Shown in pieces: positions 49,413 through 58,892 of a DNA stretch of 64,000 bases. Position numbers and translations under genes: made by a program. Location of the stretch: positions 1,472,001 to 1,536,000 of the forward strand of contig OY729426.1 of the NCBI GenBank assembly GCA_963422365.1. The letters run 5' to 3'. The first letter of the stretch is position 1. The number at the start of each line of letters is the position of its first letter. The stretch is from Nitrospirales bacterium. GTDB lineage: Bacteria > Nitrospirota > Nitrospiria > Nitrospirales > UBA8639. The notes under the pieces were generated by a model. It was not told the origin of the DNA and did no database searches. It saw only the letters and a program-made list of their open reading frames with translations.

Positions 49413-50584
49413 ATGTTAGAGCGTCTTCGGATGTGCATGTGCTTACCGTTGCGCACCAAACCATTATTTTGGTCGGGACGGTTCACGTGTCACAAGAGTC
49501 TGCGGATTTGGTTCGTGCCGTCATCGAAGAGGAATGTCCGGATGCGGTCTGTGTGGAATTGGATGCCAGCCGATACGAAGCCTTGTCTCAGCAGCAGAAA
49601 TGGGAGTCGTTCGACCTCAAAGAGGTTATCCGAAAAAAACAGCTGAGTACCATGTTGGCCAATGTCCTGTTGGCCTCCTATCAAAAGCGGCTAGGGGATC
49701 AGCTCGGTGTTTTGCCAGGCACCGAGATGCTGGAAGCTGTCAACGTTGCCCAAAAGCTCGACATCCCGATTGTTCTCTGCGACCGCGACGTCCGCGTCAC
49801 CATGCGACGGGCGTGGCGATCCACCCCGTTCTTGAAGAAAAGCCTGTTGGTCTCGTCGCTCATTTTGAGCGTGTTTGACACCACGCCCGTGACAGAGGAG
49901 TCTATACAGGATTTAAAAAAACAGGATGTGTTGTCGGATATGATGCAAGAATTAGGCAAGGAAATTCCGACGTTGAAAACCGTGCTGCTCGATGAGCGAG
50001 ACCACTATTTGGCAGAAAAGACCTTGCAAGCCGAAGGAAAGACCATTGTCTCGGTGGTGGGAGCCGGACACGTGGAAGGGATTAAAGGCATTCTCCAAAA
50101 CACGCGGCGAGACAACCTGGATGTCTTAGATGTTATTCCCCCTGTGTCTTTGATGTGGAAATGGATAGGATGGTCTATCCCTGCAATTATTGTTGGTTCA
50201 ATTGCCTTGATTGGCTATCAAAAAGGGGCTGCAGCAGCCGGAGCCCATGCTGTCTTTTGGATTGTGGCCAATGGCGTGCCTAGTGGCTTGGGAGCCTTAC
50301 TGGCTTGGGCTCATCCGTTCACGATTGTTGTGGCAGTGGCTGGGGCTCCGTTTACAAGCCTGACTCCGGTGATCGGTGTCGGGTATGTAACCGCATTTGT
50401 CCAAGCCTATATGCAACCACCGATCGTTCGAGAATTTCAAACCGTGGCCGAGGATGTGGCCATTCTTCGGCGCTGGTGGCAAAGCCGATTGTTACGGGTG
50501 TTTTTAGCCTTTTTGTTTCCCACCATCGGTAGCGTGATAGGGACGTGGGTGGGCGGCACGCGCATCGTGTCGCATCTGTTTTAA
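49409..50584 (+). CDS. TraB/PrgY (pheromone shutdown-like) membrane protein
   Basis: 'LVGTVHVS', 'PDAVCVELD', 'PGTEM', 'DERD', 'VVGAGH', C-terminal TM helices. Confidence 0.88.
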   Translation: MNVRASSDVHVLTVAHQTIILVGTVHVSQESADLVRAVIEEECPDAVCVELDASRYEALSQQQKWESFDLKEVIRKKQLSTMLANVLLASYQKRLGDQLGVLPGTEMLEAVNVAQKLDIPIVLCDRDVRVTMRRAWRSTPFLKKSLLVSSLILSVFDTTPVTEESIQDLKKQDVLSDMMQELGKEIPTLKTVLLDERDHYLAEKTLQAEGKTIVSVVGAGHVEGIKGILQNTRRDNLDVLDVIPPVSLMWKWIGWSIPAIIVGSIALIGYQKGAAAAGAHAVFWIVANGVPSGLGALLAWAHPFTIVVAVAGAPFTSLTPVIGVGYVTAFVQAYMQPPIVREFQTVAEDVAILRRWWQSRLLRVFLAFLFPTIGSVIGTWVGGTRIVSHLF

Positions 50585-50604
50585 GAAAAGGATTTCAGTA
50601 CACA

Positions 50605-50796
50605 TCAAGAGGAGAGCCCGTGCACGGCTTCTCGTTTGCGGCTAAGTTGAAAAACACATTGCGGGCAGGTGTAATGAATAAAGCGACCGTCGGCCACGAG
50701 TCGTTTGTGCATAGTGATATGGCACCACGTGCATTGTCGATCAGGGCGTTCGGCCTCTGACGGGAGGGTAGGGGATTCTGGAGAAGGCGGATTCAT
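50605..50796 (-). CDS. Small Zn-ribbon-like protein (CTWC...CPQC)
   Basis: 63-aa ORF with two CxxC motifs, divergent from the CobW GTPase. Confidence 0.5.
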   Translation of the reverse strand: MNPPSPESPTLPSEAERPDRQCTWCHITMHKRLVADGRFIHYTCPQCVFQLSRKREAVHGLSS

Positions 50797-50884
50797 TGTA
50801 ATAGTCTTGGCAATATTCTGGTAAAGCCTGACCATGGTTGTCAATGGGAAAAGAGGAGCCTGCAAGAACCAGCAGCATGTTTGA

Positions 50885-51865
50885 ATGCCTATGGTGCCAC
50901 AAGATAATCCCTCTTCATCGCTTGAGCGGAAGAACATAGCGGGCGACTTGCCGACCTCTGGAGGCAGCGTTCCGGCAGTGGTTGTGTCAGGATTCTTAGG
51001 TGCCGGTAAAACCACGCTCGTTCGGCACTTGCTTGAAGAGGCACAAGCGCAAGGGGTACGGATAGCGGTCGTGTCGAATGAATTCGGAGACTTGGGAATC
51101 GATCAAGCCTTGTTGGGAAGCCAAGTCGGCGGCAACTATGTTGAATTAGAAGGTGGGTGTGTCTGTTGCAAACTTTCCGATGAATTTGTGGCAACGCTGC
51201 AGCAGATTTGGGAAGAGGTTCACCCGGATCAAGTCATCGTCGAAACGTCCGGTGTGGCCTTGCCCTTTGATACGCTGCTGAATTTTTGGCGAGAACCGGT
51301 GTCAGAGTGGATCGGTGATGGTCTCTCGGCTGTTGTGGTGAATGCCGAACAGGTGGCTGAAGGGCGTGATCTGGAAGGAACCTTTGAGCAGCAAGTGTCG
51401 TCTGCAGACGTGTTAATCCTCAACAAAATTGATCGCCTTGATGTAGATCAACTGGATTTGGTGCAAGGGCAGGTGCAGAACTTGGCGCCCGAGACTCCCG
51501 TTGTGCAGGCCATGAACGCCAATGTCAGTCCGCTGGTGCTGTTTCCCCCTGATCCCGGGAAGCTTGCCCAGCGAGTCAGCAAGCAAGCGACACGTGAGCC
51601 ACATACCCATGAGGCGTTTGAGACGGAAGAATTCATCGTTGAGCAGGGCATCGACCCCGAGACGCTGATCCACCAGATTCGATGGTCCCACGCGCTGCGA
51701 GCCAAAGGTTTTGTGCAGACCTCCGATGGCCTTCGCCTTGTGCAAGGTGTTGGTCCGCGAGTCGATTTGATCGAGCCCACCATGACCCCGCCAGATCATC
51801 TCCTGGGGCGTCTTGTTCTCATCCGACGAAGCCGTGAGAGCGGCGCATGCAGTAAAGGAATTTGA
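50885..51865 (+). CDS. CobW/COG0523 G3E GTPase (metal chaperone)
   Basis: 'SGFLGAGKTT', 'GCVCC', 'VETSG', 'NKID', 'RAKGF'. Confidence 0.92.
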   Translation: MPMVPQDNPSSSLERKNIAGDLPTSGGSVPAVVVSGFLGAGKTTLVRHLLEEAQAQGVRIAVVSNEFGDLGIDQALLGSQVGGNYVELEGGCVCCKLSDEFVATLQQIWEEVHPDQVIVETSGVALPFDTLLNFWREPVSEWIGDGLSAVVVNAEQVAEGRDLEGTFEQQVSSADVLILNKIDRLDVDQLDLVQGQVQNLAPETPVVQAMNANVSPLVLFPPDPGKLAQRVSKQATREPHTHEAFETEEFIVEQGIDPETLIHQIRWSHALRAKGFVQTSDGLRLVQGVGPRVDLIEPTMTPPDHLLGRLVLIRRSRESGACSKGI

Positions 51866-51912
51866 TTTTCCTGCCTTGGGCGTGCCAGAGCAGCGAAGCT
51901 GATCGCACAGGG

Positions 51913-52572
51913 TTACGGTGTGGTTTGCTTCAGTAGGTGCGGATAGTTCTTCTCAACTTCTTTATGAATCTGAGGATCGAGGATAGCTTGAAAAAGCGTC
52001 TTCGCCTTTCCGAGGTAACCCACGGATAGATTCTTTGCGCTCTGTAAATTGGCGCCTTGCAACATGGTTCCGGTAAGAGAGGTATCTTGGAGGTTGGCTT
52101 CTGACAAATCTGATTCCGTGAGATTGGCTTCTCGCAGGTCAGCCATTTTCAAGTTGGCTTGTACTAATTGGCACCTCTGTAAATTTCCCCAAGGCAGTGA
52201 GGCGCGCGTCAGGTTGGCTTTGGTCAAATTCGCACCTGTGAGATCCGCGCGGATCAGTCCCGTTCCACTGAAGTCCACCATAACAAGCGTCGCGTTGGTG
52301 AGGGTGGACTTCAGCAAATTGGCCTCGATGATGTCCGCTTCCGTGAGATTGGCTTCGGTTAAATTGGCTTCTTCTAAGTTGGTTTGGAATAAGTAGGCAT
52401 CAGACAAATCTGCCCTCGTCAGGTCGCACTTGGTGAAATCCATTCTTGTGAAATCATAACCCGACAGGTCTGCTTCTCGGAGGTCGGGTCGCACGGTTGG
52501 TTGGGTTCGTCGAAATTTATTCCAGACTTCCAACCCTTGGTGTAACAGCTGAAGATGGTCTTGATTAGGCAT
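51913..52572 (-). CDS. Pentapeptide-repeat protein
   Basis: Tandem A(D/N)Lxx repeats. Confidence 0.92.
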   Translation of the reverse strand: MPNQDHLQLLHQGLEVWNKFRRTQPTVRPDLREADLSGYDFTRMDFTKCDLTRADLSDAYLFQTNLEEANLTEANLTEADIIEANLLKSTLTNATLVMVDFSGTGLIRADLTGANLTKANLTRASLPWGNLQRCQLVQANLKMADLREANLTESDLSEANLQDTSLTGTMLQGANLQSAKNLSVGYLGKAKTLFQAILDPQIHKEVEKNYPHLLKQTTP

Positions 52573-52648
52573 GAGAATAGGAAGCCGCTTGGCAGAGAGA
52601 GCAAGAAGAGGCCACGGCAGGGTTGGCCGGAGAGAGAGTAAAGGCCCT

Positions 52649-53509
52649 TCAGCGTTTTTTGAGGAATTGCAAAAATTCGGAGTCAGGGCTCAGAACCATG
52701 GTCGTGTTTTTGGAGGAGAATGTTTTCCGGTAGGCTTCCATGGAACGAACAAATTCAAAGAATTGAGGATCTTGGCGATACGCCTCAGCATAAATCTTAA
52801 AGGCTTTTGCATCACCTTCACCTCGAATTTCCTGGGAAGTTTTGTAGGCTTGGGCTAAGAGAATTTCTCGGTCCTTTTCGGCTTCCGATCGAATTTTCTG
52901 GGCTTCTTCAGCGCCTTCGGCTTTGTATTGTTTGGCGATCCGTTCCCGTTCGGCTTGCATCCGATCAAACACGGCCTTGGCATTTTGCTCAGGAAGATCC
53001 GCACGTTTGATTCGGACGTCTAAGACTTCCAAGCCGTATTTCGAGGCTTTTTGATTCGCGCGTTTTGCGACCTCGGACATGATCAATAAACGATTCGCGG
53101 AGACAATTTCCGAAAGCTCGTGGCGACCTAGTTCCACGCGAAGCTCGGAATAGATGATATCGTCTAACCGTTGAAGTGCACCCCGTTGTGTTTGGAACGC
53201 CTTGTAGACTTTCAGTGGATCGATAATTTTCCATTTGGCGAAATTGTCGATCAGAATGGTCTTTTTGTCTTGGGTAATGACTTCGCGAGCGGCAACGTCA
53301 TAATCTAGAAGTCGCTTGTCGAAGTACCGTACTTCCTGAACAAAGGGAACTTTGAATTTGAGCCCAGGCTCTGTCACGGTTCGCTGGGGTTTCCCGAGTT
53401 GGACCACAATGGCCGTTTGGGTTAAATCAAGAATGAAGAACGGAGAGGCCCCCAACATCACGAGCAGAACAACGACGACGACGATACCGATAAGAAGGTT
53501 TTGTTTCAT
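52649..53509 (-). CDS. hflC: FtsH modulator HflC
   Basis: SPFH domain, 'RMQAERER', 'FFEFVRSMEAY'. Confidence 0.93.
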   Translation of the reverse strand: MKQNLLIGIVVVVVLLVMLGASPFFILDLTQTAIVVQLGKPQRTVTEPGLKFKVPFVQEVRYFDKRLLDYDVAAREVITQDKKTILIDNFAKWKIIDPLKVYKAFQTQRGALQRLDDIIYSELRVELGRHELSEIVSANRLLIMSEVAKRANQKASKYGLEVLDVRIKRADLPEQNAKAVFDRMQAERERIAKQYKAEGAEEAQKIRSEAEKDREILLAQAYKTSQEIRGEGDAKAFKIYAEAYRQDPQFFEFVRSMEAYRKTFSSKNTTMVLSPDSEFLQFLKKR

Positions 53510-54546
53510 TAGGGGGTAGCCTGTGGGTTTCGGTCGGGCCGTTTTTGTAACCGATCCAAAGGCAGGTACGGCAATATACGACCAGCGGTTGTTGAATCGA
53601 GAACAATCTTGTCGACTCCAGAGAGGACTTCTTCCATGGTTTCGATATACAGCCGCTTTCCAATGACGTCTTTGGCTTTTTTGTATTCTGCCAATGTTTG
53701 CAAAAAGTGATTGGCTTCACCTTCAGACCTAGAGATTCTGGCCTGGGCATATCCTTTGGCTTGGTTGACATCTTGTGCGGCTTGCCCTTTGGCTTTCGGA
53801 ATGATGTCGTTCCGATACCCATGGGCTTGGTTAATAAGCTGCTCCCGTTCTTCCTTGGCACTGGCGACATCTTTAAAGAATTTGGCCACTTTCTGGGGCG
53901 GATTGACATCAAGCAATTGTACAGTGGCAATCTGTATGCCACCGTCATACTCATCGACGATGGTTTGCAGTAATTCTTGTGTGGCCTGTTGGATCGCGGC
54001 TTTACCTACGGTCAACGCCTCATCGATTTTATTTTTGCCGATAATTTCCCGCATCGCGGCCTCTGCTGATTTCTGTATGGTTCCTTCAATCTCCGCCACA
54101 TTGAACAGGTAGTCTTTAGCATTGCTGATTTTGTATTGGACAATGAATTCGACGGAGAGAATGTTCATGTCTCCGGTCAGCATGAGGGCTTCTTGCGGGA
54201 CGATTTGAGCCCTCCCCCGGACATTGGTGCGAAACCCGACCTCGATACGGTGGAGTTTTTCAACCTTCGGCGTGACGACGGTCTCAATAAATGGCAATTT
54301 GAGGTGGGGCCCTGGTTCAACAGTCCGAACCACATCACCGAACCGCTTGACGAGCCCTTCTTCATCAGGCTCGACTTTGAAGACTGCTTGAGAGAGCACC
54401 AGAAGGCCCGCGACGATCAGGATGATGGACTTCATTCCACGCGTCGGCTTCATACGTTGCCATTGCTCTTTGGCTTTATTGAGGACGTCATCAAGAGGAT
54501 CAGCCCCTCCTTGCTGACCCCATGGATCTTTTGGTTCCCAAGGCAT
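53509..54546 (-). CDS. hflK: FtsH modulator HflK
   Basis: 'MLTGDMNI', 'RLYIETMEEVL', 'LPYLPL'. Confidence 0.93.
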   Translation of the reverse strand: MPWEPKDPWGQQGGADPLDDVLNKAKEQWQRMKPTRGMKSIILIVAGLLVLSQAVFKVEPDEEGLVKRFGDVVRTVEPGPHLKLPFIETVVTPKVEKLHRIEVGFRTNVRGRAQIVPQEALMLTGDMNILSVEFIVQYKISNAKDYLFNVAEIEGTIQKSAEAAMREIIGKNKIDEALTVGKAAIQQATQELLQTIVDEYDGGIQIATVQLLDVNPPQKVAKFFKDVASAKEEREQLINQAHGYRNDIIPKAKGQAAQDVNQAKGYAQARISRSEGEANHFLQTLAEYKKAKDVIGKRLYIETMEEVLSGVDKIVLDSTTAGRILPYLPLDRLQKRPDRNPQATP

Positions 54547-54879
54547 ACGGTTTTCTCAATACCAGATATGGGTGATGGATAACCTGTTAGTCATATTTTG
54601 TCACGTTAGCAGAAAATCAGAAGTTAGGCAACTTCTTATCACATTTTGATGGCCAACTGTCTCGATCGCTTTCGTTTTTAAGTGCAGGGCGGATTCGACA
54701 TGGGCGTTTCATCTGAGACCTACAGCCCCAAACGCGATGGATGGATGCCTTTGGTCTTTTGGTCATTTCCGTTGAAACAGGCTTTCAGCAGCTGACTGAA
54801 AAAGCATTGAGTGGAATCAGTCGGTTGTGTGTCCTTCGTTTGGGCCCCAACTCTGCCGGAAACACAAAATGTGGACCGA

Positions 54880-55260
54880 GGTCCCTCGCCTCCAGGATGC
54901 GTGTGCAGGCCGGTCAGTCGCACCACCCATCGCACTTGCCACCGTCATAGGCCCACCCATGCCAGCCGCGAGCGGGCAGCCGTCGAGGCCGATATCCTCC
55001 ACCATGTGCCACCCCACTTGCCCCAGGCAGGGTCACGGATGACGATTGAACGGGCGTCCGAAATAGCCGTCCGCGTGAATGCGTTCGCCGCCATCCCGGC
55101 CTCCCGCTCCACCGCGTACTTCGCCAGGCGGTCTTTCTCCAGTATGTCCACGCCCAGCAGACGCACCTTCAGCCGTGTCAGTTCCGGTGGCATATCCGCC
55201 GATGCGTTCACCGCCACCGTGTCTCCATCTATCACCTGCACCACAGGCCAGGCATAATCG
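54880..55260 (-). pseudogene. Thermonuclease (SNase-like) gene remnant
   Basis: 'QVIDGDTV', 'VRLLGVD.LE', 'WGKWGG', then a frameshift. Confidence 0.7.
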
Positions 55261-55285
55261 GCAGCCTAGACCGAGACGGCGGCGA

Positions 55286-55570
55286 TTAGCGCCCGCACTC
55301 GACACAACTAATCGTATAATCGCATCCTAGATTCCAGCATCCTGCGTTCCAGTATGTCGCACGTGCCACACCGACTGTCATGCCGCCAAAACCATTTCTC
55401 GACCGATATTTCATGACGGCGCCGTGTGTCCCGCTTGCCGAAACCGACGTTACTTGGGTTTCAATGCGTTCAAAGCCTTCTTCCTCAAACCGGCCATGGA
55501 GATCTGACGACCATTGCATGAGATCGCGTTCAGGGAAGCCGCGCAGGAAACAGCGGGTTTCTTTTTTCGA
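55286..55570 (-). pseudogene. Remnant of a hypothetical (phage/MGE-type) gene
   Basis: 'FERIETQVT...MKYRSRNGFGGMTVG' is protein-like, but no intact 5' end. Confidence 0.4.
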
Positions 55571-56019
55571 AACCGGAAATGGGGCTGGTTGTGATGGATA
55601 TGCACAAAGCCGGGGCAGGCAGTTTGCCGGGGCGCCCGCTTGGACTGCCGGGCAGCCAGAATCGGGGATAGCTGCCCGCTGCCGCGGAGTCGTGTGGCAC
55701 GTAGGGGAGATAGCCTGCGACATCGCAGCGGTCAGCGGAGGGTCTTATGCGTGCATGCACCACGATACCGTCCCCGTCGGTCTCGACGGAGCTGGCAAAT
55801 CCGTCGGGGCGTTCGACAAGTTCGATACAATCGGTCAATGGACCATCCCGATCATCGCATGCTCGGACCCTGCAACTGGCGCTGGGTCGTTGAACGCGCC
55901 GCCGACTGGATCACCATCGCCAGTCTCCGTCTCCTCACGAGACGCCTCGCAAGAGCCTGAAATCAAACGGAGTTTCTTCAGTCAGCCTCTCAGAGGGTGA
56001 GAGGAAAGGGAATTTTTTC

Positions 56020-56048
56020 TTGAATATTCAACCAACGACGACTACAAT
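56020..56048 (+). promoter_or_regulatory. Putative sigma70 promoter of hppA
   Basis: TTGAAT-17nt-TACAAT. Confidence 0.5.
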
Positions 56049-56232
56049 AAATGTCCTTTCAGCGATATTTTTCTTTACGATGCCCAAGAATCATATTTCT
56101 AAGGTAGTTTTGCGCTTTCAAGTATCTGCTTAGGCGTTCTTGGGTGAGTGCGTTACAACCCTGCCTTATTAGGTTATCATGGCTGAGGAATTCAGGAGGG
56201 AGTCTTTCTCTGTCTGACGAAGGGGGCATTCT

Positions 56233-58287
56233 GTGAATACTGAGAGCTCGGTGATTATCTTTGCGTTAGTGTCTGGCGTCGTGGGTATTGCCTATGGGGT
56301 GTATCTCACCTTTTGGGTCCTTCGACAACATGCTGGAAACGAGACCATGCAAACCATTGCGTTAGCGATCCAGGAAGGCGCCTCTGCCTACTTGAATCGA
56401 CAGTATCGGACCGTTGGTGTTGTGGCAGGCATCATGTTTCTGATTTTGTGGCTTGCAGGGATGTGGTCGGAGAATTTTGGTTTGTTGACGGCAATGGGGT
56501 TTGTGGTGGGAGCCTCAGCCTCTGCACTCGCCGGGTATGTCGGCATGGTGATCGCCGTGCGGGCCAATGTTCGGACGGCGCAGGCGGCCTCACACGGGCT
56601 GGATCCGGCCCTGCAGGTTGCCTTTAAAGGTGGAGCGGTCACCGGTCTGCTTCTTATTGGGTTAGGACTGGTGGCGCTGGCTGGCTTTTATGCCATCGGT
56701 TCTACGGTTGCAGGGCAGGAAAAAGCCGTTCATGCCCTCATCAGCCTTGGGTTTGGAGGCAGCCTCATTTCGGTCTTTGCCCGCGTTGGGGGAGGCATTT
56801 ACACAAAGGCTGCTGACGTGGGAGCCGACCTCGTTGGAAAAGTTGAAGCCGGTATTCCTGAAGACGATCCTCGTAACCCCGCGGTGATTGCGGACAACGT
56901 GGGTGATAATGTGGGTGACTGTGCCGGCATGGCGGCCGATCTTTTTGAGACCTATGTCGTGACGATTGTCGCTGCAATGGTCTTGGCCATGAGTCTCTTC
57001 CCTGGAACCGTTGCCCCCGTGCTGTATCCCTTGGCCCTTGGCGGGTTGACCGTCTTTGCGACCATTATCGGGATATTCTTTGTGAAGGCCAGTGAGGGCG
57101 CGAGCATTATGTCGGCCTTGTACAAAGGGCTGTTTGTCAGTGGAGGTCTTGCCGCCGTGGCCTTCTTTCCTGTGACGGCCAGCATGATGGACGGCGTGGG
57201 GGGGGTATCGGGAATCAGTTATTTCATTGCGGCATTGCTGGGGCTTGTGGTGACGTTGGCTCTCGTGTTTATCACCGATTATTTTACGGCCACTGCCTAT
57301 TCGCCGGTTCAAGAAGTGGTCAAGGCGAGTGAAACCGGACATGCGACGAATATCATCGCTGGTTTAGCCGTGGGCATGCAGTCGACCGCATGGCCCGTGA
57401 TCGTCATTGTCGCGGCGATTCTCTTGAGTTTTGGTATTTGCGGCGGCGCCGAAGGAGGTGGGCTGTACGGGGTCGCGGTGGCGGCGGTGGCCATGTTGTC
57501 GATGGCAGGAATCGTGGTGGCGATTGATGCGTTTGGTCCGGTGACGGATAACGCAGGCGGTATTGCGGAAATGTCTCACTTGGGTCCGGAGGTTCGAAAA
57601 ATCACGGATGCGCTCGATGCCGTCGGTAATACCACAAAGGCGGTCACCAAGGGCTATGCCATTGGCTCAGCCGCGTTGGCGGCCTTGGTGTTGTTTGCAG
57701 AATATGCTCGAGAGGCTCGGGCTGGCGACTCAAGCATTACTTTTGGTCTTGCCGATCCCAGTATCTTGGTGGGTTTATTTATCGGCGGGATGCTTCCGTT
57801 TATCTTTAGTGCGCTGTGTTTGAAAGCCGTTGGTCAAGCCGGTGGCTTGGTTGTGGAAGAAGTACGTCGGCAATTCCGTGAGATCTCGGGGATTATGGAG
57901 GGAACACGGAAACCGGAATATGGCACGTGTGTCGATATCGTGACCCAAGCCGCCCTTCAAAGAATGCTTGTTCCCGGAATGATCCCTGTCCTTTCTCCTC
58001 TTTTGGTCGGCGTGATTTTAGGTCCGGCGGCCTTAGGAGGCGTGTTGGTAGGCAGTATTGTGACGGGTCTATTTTTGGCCATTACCATGACAAGTGGAGG
58101 CGGAGCCTGGGATAATGCCAAAAAATACATTGAGGAACAGGGACGCAAAGGGACCGAAACTCACAAGGCGGCGGTGACGGGCGACACTGTCGGTGATCCT
58201 TTCAAAGATACCGCCGGCCCAGCGATTAACCCGATGATTAAAGTCATCAACATCGTGTCCTTGCTCATCATTTCCTTTATTGTGTAG
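56233..58287 (+). CDS. hppA: Membrane H+-translocating pyrophosphatase, K+-independent type
   Basis: '[19 protein letters not shown]', 'DNVGDNVGD', 'GNTTKA' (Lys determinant), '[10 protein letters not shown]'. Confidence 0.95.
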   Translation: MNTESSVIIFALVSGVVGIAYGVYLTFWVLRQHAGNETMQTIALAIQEGASAYLNRQYRTVGVVAGIMFLILWLAGMWSENFGLLTAMGFVVGASASALAGYVGMVIAVRANVRTAQAASHGLDPALQVAFKGGAVTGLLLIGLGLVALAGFYAIGSTVAGQEKAVHALISLGFGGSLISVFARVGGGIYTKAADVGADLVGKVEAGIPEDDPRNPAVIADNVGDNVGDCAGMAADLFETYVVTIVAAMVLAMSLFPGTVAPVLYPLALGGLTVFATIIGIFFVKASEGASIMSALYKGLFVSGGLAAVAFFPVTASMMDGVGGVSGISYFIAALLGLVVTLALVFITDYFTATAYSPVQEVVKASETGHATNIIAGLAVGMQSTAWPVIVIVAAILLSFGICGGAEGGGLYGVAVAAVAMLSMAGIVVAIDAFGPVTDNAGGIAEMSHLGPEVRKITDALDAVGNTTKAVTKGYAIGSAALAALVLFAEYAREARAGDSSITFGLADPSILVGLFIGGMLPFIFSALCLKAVGQAGGLVVEEVRRQFREISGIMEGTRKPEYGTCVDIVTQAALQRMLVPGMIPVLSPLLVGVILGPAALGGVLVGSIVTGLFLAITMTSGGGAWDNAKKYIEEQGRKGTETHKAAVTGDTVGDPFKDTAGPAINPMIKVINIVSLLIISFIV

Positions 58288-58410
58288 AGCCGCATCCCGG
58301 TTCACGGCCCGGGACATGCCTCATGCGGCCAAGAAGACGGCGGGATAAGATCCCGGAGCTACAATAAGGTGAGGCATCAACTATTCTTGATAATCCCAGA
58401 GTGGCTTGTC

Positions 58411-58439
58411 TTGACCCCTTCAAGAGGCTAGGCTATCCT
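58411..58439 (+). promoter_or_regulatory. Putative sigma70 promoter of pup
   Basis: TTGACC-17nt-TATCCT. Confidence 0.45.
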
Positions 58440-58492
58440 AAGCATGGCGTGCGCGAAAATCTTGTTCTCTTCGAGAACAGGGAGGTGGAACC

Positions 58493-58696
58493 ATGGAAAG
58501 GCAGGAACGGAAGTCTGAGGCAGCAAAAATTTCCTCCGTCCATGATGATCAGGAAGTCAAACCGAATCCTAACGTCCTTGAAACAGGCAAGAAGCTTCAA
58601 GAGGACATTGATCATTTAGTCGATGAAATCGATGAGGTTCTAGAAGAAAACGCCGCCGAGTTTGTAAAGAATTACGTGCAAAAAGGGGGAGAGTAA
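58493..58696 (+). CDS. pup: Prokaryotic ubiquitin-like protein Pup (C-terminal GGE)
   Basis: 'DEIDEVLEENAAEFVKNYVQKGGE' matches the Pup C-terminus; strong RBS ggaggt. Confidence 0.92.
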   Translation: MERQERKSEAAKISSVHDDQEVKPNPNVLETGKKLQEDIDHLVDEIDEVLEENAAEFVKNYVQKGGE

Positions 58697-58717
58697 CTCC
58701 TCTTTCTTCTTTTTTTT
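58682..58717 (+). terminator. Putative terminator overlapping the pup stop
   Basis: aaaggggga gag-taa-ctcctcttt followed by a T-run. Confidence 0.5.
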
Positions 58718-58820
58718 ACCGCCATCCATTCTTTCTTTTTTTGGTTTCACCAAAAGAGTGTGGCTTCGAGACGGGCCAGCGGCAAGTCTGGTGTTCCGGG
58801 TTTACACTCGGCCGTTCTGT

Positions 58821-58849
58821 TTGACACTCTTCCGAGCAATTCCTATGAT
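58821..58849 (+). promoter_or_regulatory. Putative sigma70 promoter of recJ-rel
   Basis: TTGACA-17nt-TATGAT. Confidence 0.6.
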
Positions 58850-58892
58850 CCCTTCTGTTCACCGTTCTCGCGACACACATGGATCTCTGCAT

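Noticed and set aside
58493..58696. UBact rather than Pup
   Set aside because: The C-terminus 'FVKNYVQKGGE' matches Pup; UBact ends in an R(S/T)G(E/Q)-type motif
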